From an uncultured Chloroflexia bacterium (lineage in GTDB: Bacteria > Chloroflexota > Limnocylindria > Limnocylindrales > CSP1-4), in assembly GCA_963716375.1 (NCBI GenBank), contig OY970306.1:1137220-1201219 (forward strand): 64,000 nt of DNA, read 5' to 3'. Under the pieces are notes generated by a model. The model was given only the letters and a program-made list of their open reading frames with translations. It made no database searches and was not told the origin of the DNA. A program made the position numbers and the translations under genes. Shown here piece after piece: positions 1-7,233 of this stretch (positions are counted from its first letter, which is position 1; each line of letters starts with the position of its first letter).

Positions 1-1
1 G

Positions 2-178
2 GCCCACGTACTCCGCGCGGCCCAATCCGAGTACGCCAAGCTCGATCGGTCCATCTCGGCCGTCGAGCTCGCCGGCTGGCCGCCGGACGCTGTCGACGAG
101 CGAACCCGCAGGGCCACGACCCGACGCGTCGAGCGGGAGGGCCGGTCCGTGGTCACCGTGGCGCGAGCCCAGCCATGA
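2..178 (+). CDS. 3' end of eCIS AAA+ ATPase (Afp15/Pvc15-like), partial
   Basis: Frame from base 2 reads AHVLRAAQSEYAKLDRSISAVELAGW..., resembling the C-terminus of eCIS ATPases. TGA 176-178 overlaps the next ATG (ATGA). Confidence 0.7.
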   Translation, partial: AHVLRAAQSEYAKLDRSISAVELAGWPPDAVDERTRRATTRRVEREGRSVVTVARAQP

Positions 179-441
179 CGGACCTCGCCGTGTTCGTCGA
201 TCAGTGGCTCCAGCCGGCCGGCCGGGTCGACCACCAGGCGATCGCCTCGTCGATGGAGGCCGAGCTCGGCCGGCTCGTGGACGAGGGCTCGATCCGATTG
301 CCGGCCGAGCGTGCCATCGAGATCGCCAGCCTGCGGATCGATGGCGCACTGCTGCCGGTCGATCGGCTCGGCGACAGCGCGGCGATCGGTGTCGCCCTCG
401 CGCGGGCGATCGCGAGCGGCCTGCGAGGCCCGGGCCGATGA
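175..441 (+). CDS. Small hypothetical protein of the eCIS locus (88 aa)
   Basis: ATGA-coupled on both sides. The EAELGRL...IGVALARAIASGL pattern resembles small proteins found between the ATPase and DUF4157 genes of eCIS loci. Confidence 0.65.
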   Translation: MTDLAVFVDQWLQPAGRVDHQAIASSMEAELGRLVDEGSIRLPAERAIEIASLRIDGALLPVDRLGDSAAIGVALARAIASGLRGPGR

Positions 442-3400
442 CCGCGCTGATCCGCGAGCGGACGCATGCCCCGGCCGAACCGGCCGCTGCGGTTCCGGCG
501 CGGACACCCCGGAACGTCCTGGCCGCCCGGGAGGACACCGCGCGGCCGCGGGGCATCGCCCCCGCCACCCGGTCCCTGCAGACCGCGGTCGCGGACGCAC
601 CCAGGCCGATCGATGCGGGCGCGCGAGCGTTGCTCGAGCATCGCTTCGGCCAGCCGCTCGGCGGCGTCCGGATCCACACGGGTCCGTCGGCCGCAGACGT
701 CGCCCGGGAAGCCGGCGCGGAGGCCGTCACCGTCGGCAACGACGTCCTGTTCGGAGCCGGCCGCTACGACCCTGCCAGCCCGGCAGGTCTCGAGCTGCTC
801 GCGCACGAGGTCGCCCACACCGTCCAGCAGCGCAACGCGATCGGCCCGGGCGGGCCGGTGACGCAATTCGCCGGGGTGAGCGAACGCTCCAGCGCGCTCG
901 AGCGTGAGGCCGATGCCGCAGCGCGCCACGTCGTGGCCGGACCGGGCGTGGCCGGGGGAGCCGGCGCCCTCCTCGCCTCGCGGGCGACGGGCCCCGTCAT
1001 GTCCCGACGGGCCATCGCCTGGACGAACATCCCGGGCGGACCCCAGACCGCCGGCGGGATGGTCGTCGACCAGTGGGAGAAGGAAACGGACCAGATCGTC
1101 CGTTTCAAGGTGCCGACCTTGACCCTGCCCCGCGAGAAGGGACCGGTCAAGGAGGCCTACACCGCAGCGCTCAAGGCCGGCGGCGACGCGAGCGGTCTCG
1201 AGGCGACGATCGAGTTCGACGGCAAGACGGCGCGCGCCGGCCTGTGGGAATCGCGGGCGCCGACGCCCGACCTCAACCGCCGCTGGCTCGCCAAGGTCGG
1301 CTGGACGGCCGCGGACGCCAACGCCAAGTGGTTCGCGGCAGGAGGCAAGAAGGGCGCCGGATTCCCGACCGCCAATCCGGGCGTCGCCTGCAGTACCTGC
1401 GACATCGACCACATCGTGGAGCTCCAGCTGGGCGGCAGCAACTCGCCGTCCAACCTCACGCCCCTGAACTCCGCGGAGAACCAGAAGAGCGGCCGCGACA
1501 TCTGGCAGAACGTGTCCGGCATCGCCCGCGAGCTGCGCCCGATCGTGCCGGACCAGACCGGCAAGGTCAACATCATCCTCTCGTTCCAGGACGTCGACCA
1601 GGCCGGCGGCTGGGTGCCGCGTCCGGCGGGCACGCCCACGCCCGGCTGCGCCACGTGCAGCTGCAGCGACGTGGATGCGGCCGCCGTGGACGGCGCCAGG
1701 GCCGCGACGGCGGCCGCGGGCGGCACGGAGAGCTACCCGGTCGTCGCGGGCGGCCAGTCGGCGACGTTCGTCGTCCCGCCCGGCGAGGCGGACGTCGGGC
1801 TCCTCGACGACCAGGCCAACATCAACAACGCCGAAGTCATCCCGGGGATGATCCTCGAACTCCTCCAGCGGCCCAAGGCCAAGGGCCACACGGTCAAGGC
1901 GTTCATCGAATCGAAGCCCCACTTCAAGCGCGCCAAGGCGACCCGCCTGCCGCTGGCCATCCAGGGACCCCAGGAAGAGGTCGTCCTCGACGCCATCCCG
2001 GGCACGGACGGCACCCGGCGGCTGAAGATCAAGGGCAACGAGCATCCGCGCGTCAACTTCACGTACCCGTACCTCAGCGCCGGCTGGCTGAAGCTCGATC
2101 TCGGCGAGGCCGGCCTGACCGGCGACGGCCAGCTGACGCCGAGCGTGCCGTTCCTGCGCAACTCGCCGATCGACGTCCACTTCGGTGGCGGCGCCTTCAC
2201 GGGCATCCTGAAGGCCGATCCCAAGCGCCTCCAGCTGCCGATCCCGGGCTTCAAGGTCACGGCCGCGACGATCAAGGTCGACCTCGCGCCGGAGCTCGCG
2301 GTGACCGGCAATGCCGACTTCGCGCTGGGCAAGCTGATCACCGGTCACCTCGAAGCCCAGCCCTCGCTGTCGGGGATCTGGCTGAAGGGCGACCTCTTCG
2401 CCCACATCCCCCGGATCGACGAGGCCAAGGGCGAAGTCGAGTACAAGGACGGCCAGCTCAAAGGGAGCCTGACGCTCAAGGCCGAGCAGCTCGGCAACCT
2501 GCCCGGCAATCCCAGGGGCGAGCTCAAGCTCGGGATCGATTCGAAGGGCCTGACGGCCGACGGCAAGCTCTCGGTCAGCCTGCCCGGCGGCAAGCCACTG
2601 GATCTCGAGGCGAAGCGGTCGCCCGGGACCGGGATCTCCCTCAGCGGCCGGACCTCCTTCGAGATCCCGGGGCTCAGTCCGCTCGAGATCACGATCGGCT
2701 ATGACGGCGAGCATTTCAACGGCCAGGCCGCGACCGGCGTCACCTACAAGGGCCTGACCGGCAAGGTCACGATCAAGTATTACGACGGGAAGTTCTCGGG
2801 CGAGACGGACGCCACGTTCGACAAGGGCCGGCTGGCGGGCCGGGTCCACCTCGTCATCGAGTCCGATGGCAGCCTCTCGGGCGAAGGCGAGGCCACGGTC
2901 AGGATCACCAAGGATCTGAGCGGCAAGATCAGCGTCACCAAGCCCAAGGGTGGCGAGATCGGCGTCAAGGGCGAGCTCATCCTGCCCGACCCGATCACCC
3001 TCTTCCCCGAGAAGGCCGTCAAGGACACGCTCTTCTCGAAGGCCTTCAGCTTCAACATCTTCGGGCCTGTCATCCTCCAGATCCGTCCGTCGATCGGCTA
3101 CGCCGCGGGCGTCGGGCCGGGCACGATCAACAAGGCGAAGGTGGGGGCCGGCTTCAAGCCGTTCGCCGCCGAAACCGACTTCGAGCTGTGGGCGTCGGCG
3201 ACGCTCAAGGTGCCGGCCTATGCCGAGATCACGGCAGCCATCGGTCTTGGAGTCGGCCTGGGCCTCGGCGGTGCGGCGTCCGTGGCGGGCGGCATCGAGA
3301 TCGCCGGCACGCTGCGCTTCGGGACGGAGTTCTCGGCGGCCTTCGACATCCACTACAAGGACGGCGTATTCACGGCCAAGGCGCTGATCGAGGTCGGCGG

Positions 3401-3653
3401 CGGCCTGAAGATCCTGGTGGACATCAACGGCTACGTCCATGCCGAGGCGCTCGGGTTCGACCTGTACGACCACAAGTGGAACCTGAAGCACTTCGAGTTC
3501 GATACGGGCCTCTCGTTCCTCCTTGGCCTGCCGCTCGAGTACGCGTCCAACAAGCCCTTCGTCCTGCCCTCGCGCGACCAGATGACCCTCAAGGGTCCGG
3601 ACTTCTCGATCGACCAGATGACCGCGAACCTGCGGCGAACCCTCGGGATCTGA
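438..3653 (+). CDS. DUF4157 (eCIS core domain) protein with internal HNH-like nuclease motif and Gly-rich beta-strand C-terminal region; putative effector, 1071 aa
   Basis: Start ATG 438 is coupled to the upstream stop, so the ORF-track start at 204 is an over-extension. DUF4157 signature LEHRFGQPLGGVRIHT...LLAHEVAHTVQQ...LEREAD; HNH-type CSTCDIDHIVELQLGGSNSPSNLTPLNSAENQKSG. Confidence 0.85.
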   Translation: MTALIRERTHAPAEPAAAVPARTPRNVLAAREDTARPRGIAPATRSLQTAVADAPRPIDAGARALLEHRFGQPLGGVRIHTGPSAADVAREAGAEAVTVGNDVLFGAGRYDPASPAGLELLAHEVAHTVQQRNAIGPGGPVTQFAGVSERSSALEREADAAARHVVAGPGVAGGAGALLASRATGPVMSRRAIAWTNIPGGPQTAGGMVVDQWEKETDQIVRFKVPTLTLPREKGPVKEAYTAALKAGGDASGLEATIEFDGKTARAGLWESRAPTPDLNRRWLAKVGWTAADANAKWFAAGGKKGAGFPTANPGVACSTCDIDHIVELQLGGSNSPSNLTPLNSAENQKSGRDIWQNVSGIARELRPIVPDQTGKVNIILSFQDVDQAGGWVPRPAGTPTPGCATCSCSDVDAAAVDGARAATAAAGGTESYPVVAGGQSATFVVPPGEADVGLLDDQANINNAEVIPGMILELLQRPKAKGHTVKAFIESKPHFKRAKATRLPLAIQGPQEEVVLDAIPGTDGTRRLKIKGNEHPRVNFTYPYLSAGWLKLDLGEAGLTGDGQLTPSVPFLRNSPIDVHFGGGAFTGILKADPKRLQLPIPGFKVTAATIKVDLAPELAVTGNADFALGKLITGHLEAQPSLSGIWLKGDLFAHIPRIDEAKGEVEYKDGQLKGSLTLKAEQLGNLPGNPRGELKLGIDSKGLTADGKLSVSLPGGKPLDLEAKRSPGTGISLSGRTSFEIPGLSPLEITIGYDGEHFNGQAATGVTYKGLTGKVTIKYYDGKFSGETDATFDKGRLAGRVHLVIESDGSLSGEGEATVRITKDLSGKISVTKPKGGEIGVKGELILPDPITLFPEKAVKDTLFSKAFSFNIFGPVILQIRPSIGYAAGVGPGTINKAKVGAGFKPFAAETDFELWASATLKVPAYAEITAAIGLGVGLGLGGAASVAGGIEIAGTLRFGTEFSAAFDIHYKDGVFTAKALIEVGGGLKILVDINGYVHAEALGFDLYDHKWNLKHFEFDTGLSFLLGLPLEYASNKPFVLPSRDQMTLKGPDFSIDQMTANLRRTLGI

Positions 3654-3667
3654 AGGGAGGACCGGGC

Positions 3668-4309
3668 ATGCCGCTGATGAAAGGTGCGTTCATCGTCTTC
3701 GACGCCCCGGTGCCGGTGCCGACCGACATCATCATGTTCCAGTTCAACAGCGAGACCCTGGTCCGCAAGGTCGATCCGCCCAAGGAGAACACGCCGAACG
3801 CGGGCGCCGCGACCAGGGGCTCGAACGGCAATTCGCACCAGACGCGCCAGCCCACCGAGACCCTCACGGTCGGGATCGAGCTCGATGCCGCCGACCAGCT
3901 CCAGGCCGGCGACGCCCTCGCGACCAGCGTCGGCCTGCATCCGGGCCTCGCCCAGCTCGAGCTGCTGATGTACCCCTCGTCGACGCTGCTGCTCCTCAAC
4001 CAGGGGCTGGCGCTGGCCGGGATCGCCACGATCACGCCATCCAGGACCCCGCTCGTGCTCTTCGTCTGGGGCACGACGCGCGTACTCGCGGTCCACGTCA
4101 CATCGGTCCAGATCACGGAGCAGCAGTTCGACGACCGGCTGAACCCGATCGCCGCCCGGGCGGAGGTCGGCCTGACCGTCCTCAATCCCGAGGATCTGAC
4201 CGGCGCGTTCGCGACCATCGCCATGGTCACCCAGATCGCCAAGGAGGGGCTGGCCAGGGCCGGCACGGTCAGCAGCGCTCTCAACGTCAAGTCATTGCTG
4301 CCGTTCTAG
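3668..4309 (+). CDS. CIS tube-initiator-like protein (Afp7 N-terminal domain-like)
   Basis: GGAGG RBS before ATG 3668. Motifs FQFNSETL, ELDAADQL and PLVLFVWG...VTSVQITEQQFDDRLNPIAA are typical of this eCIS family. Confidence 0.75.
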   Translation: MPLMKGAFIVFDAPVPVPTDIIMFQFNSETLVRKVDPPKENTPNAGAATRGSNGNSHQTRQPTETLTVGIELDAADQLQAGDALATSVGLHPGLAQLELLMYPSSTLLLLNQGLALAGIATITPSRTPLVLFVWGTTRVLAVHVTSVQITEQQFDDRLNPIAARAEVGLTVLNPEDLTGAFATIAMVTQIAKEGLARAGTVSSALNVKSLLPF

Positions 4310-4333
4310 CCCGACGAGCGAGGAGTCGAGTCC

Positions 4334-4639
4334 ATGTTCGGTCCCGGAAGCCGGTACGCAGGCCAGCCGATCGCGGTGTACGTCGACGCCGACGGCCGGC
4401 CGCGGGCCTACGTGACCCTGCGCGAGGTGCCCGCCGCGCGCGTCGTCCGGCCCGAGGACCCGATCCACATCGTGGCCGCCAACGATCGGCTCGACCGCGT
4501 CACGTGGCAGCACCTCGGCGACCCCGAGCTGTTCTGGCGGGTCTGCGACGCGAACGGCGCGCTCCAGCCCGACGAGCTGACCTCGATCGTCGGGCGGCGG
4601 CTCGTCGTGCCGCTCGACCCGCGGGCCGGCAACGGATGA
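4334..4639 (+). CDS. LysM/tail protein X-like eCIS protein
   Basis: MF...SRY start and HIVAANDRLDRVTWQHLGDPELFWRVCDAN LysM-like motif; AGGAG RBS. Confidence 0.85.
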   Translation: MFGPGSRYAGQPIAVYVDADGRPRAYVTLREVPAARVVRPEDPIHIVAANDRLDRVTWQHLGDPELFWRVCDANGALQPDELTSIVGRRLVVPLDPRAGNG

Positions 4640-5763
4640 GCGGCGGCGTGACGATCCAGCTCTCCCTGCTGAAGGCGCCGGCGCCCGCGCCGGTGGTCAA
4701 CGCTGTCCAGGAAGTCGTCGTCGAGACCGCCCTGGACATGGCCGGCGCGTTCTCGATCCGCTTCGGGCTCGGGGCCGATGCGCTCGGCGACTACGGCCTG
4801 CTCGCCCTCGATCCGTTCAAGCCGGGCCTGCCCCTGGGGATCCGGGTGAGCACCGGCACCGTGCCCCTGCCGCTGGCCGTCATCAACGGATACGCCACGG
4901 GCCAGCGGGCGACGTGGGGCGAGGGCGGCAAGTCGGCACTGACGGTCCACGGCACGGACATCACGGGGATCATGAACCTCGAGGAGAAGGTCAAGGCCTG
5001 GTCGAGCGTGCCCGATTCGCTCATCGCCATGGCGATCTTCGCCACGTACTCGGTGATCCCGCAGGTGACGCCGACGGCGCCGCGCCTCATCGACCCGATC
5101 GGGACGGCCATCCAGCGGGGCACGGACATCCGGTTCCTGCGCCGGCTGGCGCGCCGCAACGGCTTCGATTGCTACGTCCTGCCCGAGCCGCTGACCGGCC
5201 TCGACACGGGGTACTTCTCGGCCCCGTCCACGACCGGCATGCCCCAGGCCGTCCTCAACGTGAACATGGGCTCGGCCACGAACGTGCGTGACGTCGACGC
5301 GCGCTACGACATGCTGAAGCCGACGACCGTGCTCACGGCGAACATCGACACGGCGACCAAGGCCCCCCAGCTCGGGGTCGCGCCGGCCTCGCTGCTGCCG
5401 CCGATGGGCCTCGAGCCGACGGGCCTGCGGGCCGTGGCCGGCGCGGGACTCTCGGGCGCGCTGCCGCTCGTCCGCCTCGCCGATCCCAGCAACGGCCTGA
5501 CTCCCGAGGGCCAGGCGGCCGCCCAGGGCATCGCCGACCGGTCGGGCTTCGCGGTCACGGTCGAAGGCACGACCGGTCCCGATGTGGGCGTGCTCCGGCC
5601 GGGCGGGCTCGTCGCCCTGCGCGGTGTCGGGCGGCTGTTCAACGGCCTCTACCAGGTGACGCGCGTCCGGATGACCCTCGCCGAAGGCCGCTTCGAGCAG
5701 CGCTTCTCCGCCCGCCGGAACGCCGTGACGATGACCGGCGCCGAACCCTTCGTGACGCTGTAG
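4636..5763 (+). CDS. Baseplate hub, phage late control D / gp27-like (VgrG N-terminal half)
   Basis: ATGA coupling at 4636. Motifs QRGTDIRFLRRLARRNGFDCY and VLRPGGLVALRGVGRLFNGLYQVTRVR. Confidence 0.85.
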   Translation: MSGGVTIQLSLLKAPAPAPVVNAVQEVVVETALDMAGAFSIRFGLGADALGDYGLLALDPFKPGLPLGIRVSTGTVPLPLAVINGYATGQRATWGEGGKSALTVHGTDITGIMNLEEKVKAWSSVPDSLIAMAIFATYSVIPQVTPTAPRLIDPIGTAIQRGTDIRFLRRLARRNGFDCYVLPEPLTGLDTGYFSAPSTTGMPQAVLNVNMGSATNVRDVDARYDMLKPTTVLTANIDTATKAPQLGVAPASLLPPMGLEPTGLRAVAGAGLSGALPLVRLADPSNGLTPEGQAAAQGIADRSGFAVTVEGTTGPDVGVLRPGGLVALRGVGRLFNGLYQVTRVRMTLAEGRFEQRFSARRNAVTMTGAEPFVTL

Positions 5764-5776
5764 GGAGGCGACGACC

Positions 5777-6484
5777 GTGACCGACCTGCTCCTCGCGCAG
5801 ATGGCCGAGCGCCAGACCGACCGGTTCCTCGGCAAGTACCGGGGCCTCGTCGTGGACAACAACGACCCGCTGCTGCGCGGCCGCCTCAAGGCCATGGTGC
5901 CTGCGGTCCTCGGCGAGATCCCGTCGGGCTACGCGGAGCCGTGCGTGCCCTATGCCGGCACGACGTCCGGACTCTTCGCGATCCCGCCGATCGGGGCGGG
6001 CGTCTGGATCGAATTCGAGGCCGGCGATCCGTCGCGGCCGGTCTGGACCGGCTGCTGGTGGGCGACCGGCGAGGCGCCGATCAGCGAGATGGGCGCACCG
6101 CCGTCGCCGTTCCGCAAGATCCTGCGCAGCGAGACCGGCCTGATCGTGTCGCTGGACGACACGACGGGCACGATCACCCTCTCCGACATCGCCGGCCTGA
6201 ACATCCTGACGATCAAGGTCCTGCAGGCCACGATCCAGGTCCAGGCGCTCGGCCGGGTCGTCCTGGAGGCGCCCCTCATCCAGCACGGCCAGGCCGCCGT
6301 CCATCCGGCGGTCTTCGGCGATCAGCTGCTCGTCTACCTCGCCCAGCTCGTGACGATGTTCAACGCCCACATCCACCCGGGCGAGCTTGCCGCGGGAATC
6401 ATCCCGGTGACGCCCGCGCCACCGGTCCCGCCGATGATGCCGCCGACCCCGGCCCTCATCTCGATCAAGAACCTGGTGGAGTAG
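5777..6484 (+). CDS. Baseplate assembly protein V / gp5-like spike
   Basis: GKYRGLVVDNNDP..RGRLKA.VP, PPIGAGVWIEFEAGDPSRPVWTGC OB-fold; C-terminal FNAHIHP. Confidence 0.9.
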   Translation: MTDLLLAQMAERQTDRFLGKYRGLVVDNNDPLLRGRLKAMVPAVLGEIPSGYAEPCVPYAGTTSGLFAIPPIGAGVWIEFEAGDPSRPVWTGCWWATGEAPISEMGAPPSPFRKILRSETGLIVSLDDTTGTITLSDIAGLNILTIKVLQATIQVQALGRVVLEAPLIQHGQAAVHPAVFGDQLLVYLAQLVTMFNAHIHPGELAAGIIPVTPAPPVPPMMPPTPALISIKNLVE

Positions 6485-6487
6485 GGG

Positions 6488-6784
6488 ATGGGCAAGCTGA
6501 AAGCCGGCTCGATGGGCTCGCCGAACTCGGCCGGGACGCCGCCGGAGTTCGCGAATTCGCTCGCCGCTGCCATCGAGGATGCCTACTGGTCGGCCCTCCA
6601 GGCCGATGGCAAGGACCGGTTTGACCGGTCGTTGAACCAGGACTCCGATCGCGATCGGCGGCGGATCTTCGTCGCCATCGCGCAGGGCGTGATCGGCTAT
6701 CTCGACGCCAATGCCGACGCGTTCAAGGTCGTCGGCCCGGCCGCCATCGTGACCGGCGTCTCGATCGACGTCCAGACGTCATGA
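6488..6784 (+). CDS. Hypothetical protein (98 aa) between spike and gp25
   Basis: Fills the gap exactly, has a purine-rich RBS, and is ATGA-coupled to the gp25 gene. No PAAR motif. Confidence 0.7.
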   Translation: MGKLKAGSMGSPNSAGTPPEFANSLAAAIEDAYWSALQADGKDRFDRSLNQDSDRDRRRIFVAIAQGVIGYLDANADAFKVVGPAAIVTGVSIDVQTS

Positions 6785-7233
6785 CGAACCCGATCCTCGA
6801 CCCCGTCCTCGTCTCGACCGCCCGACCGGGCCCCCGTGCGTCGCTGACCCGGCCGGGGCCCGCGCGCCACATGGACGCCCCGTTCACGCTTGACGATCGC
6901 GGCCGGACCACCCGGGCCGACGACGATGAGCACGTCCGGGACCTGATCCGCGCCGTGCTGTTCACCGAGCCCGGCGAGCGGCCCAATCGGCCGGACTTCG
7001 GCTGCGCCCTGAAGACGATGGTCTTCCTGCCGAATTCGGACGCCCTCGCCGCCGCGATCCGGGTGCTGGTCCACGGGGCCCTCCAGCAGTGGCTGCCACT
7101 CGAGATCATCGTCGAGGCAGTCGAGGTCCAGGCCGTCGACGCGGAGCTGCGGATCGGCATCGTCTACCAGCGCCGGACCGACGGCACGCGGCATCAGGAA
7201 GTCCTCGTCCACCAGACGGGCGGCCCCGCATGA
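6781..7233 (+). CDS. GPW/gp25 family sheath-initiator baseplate protein
   Basis: HVRDLIRAVLFTEPGERPNRPDFGC signature; alternative start ATG 6871. Confidence 0.92.
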   Translation: MTNPILDPVLVSTARPGPRASLTRPGPARHMDAPFTLDDRGRTTRADDDEHVRDLIRAVLFTEPGERPNRPDFGCALKTMVFLPNSDALAAAIRVLVHGALQQWLPLEIIVEAVEVQAVDAELRIGIVYQRRTDGTRHQEVLVHQTGGPA

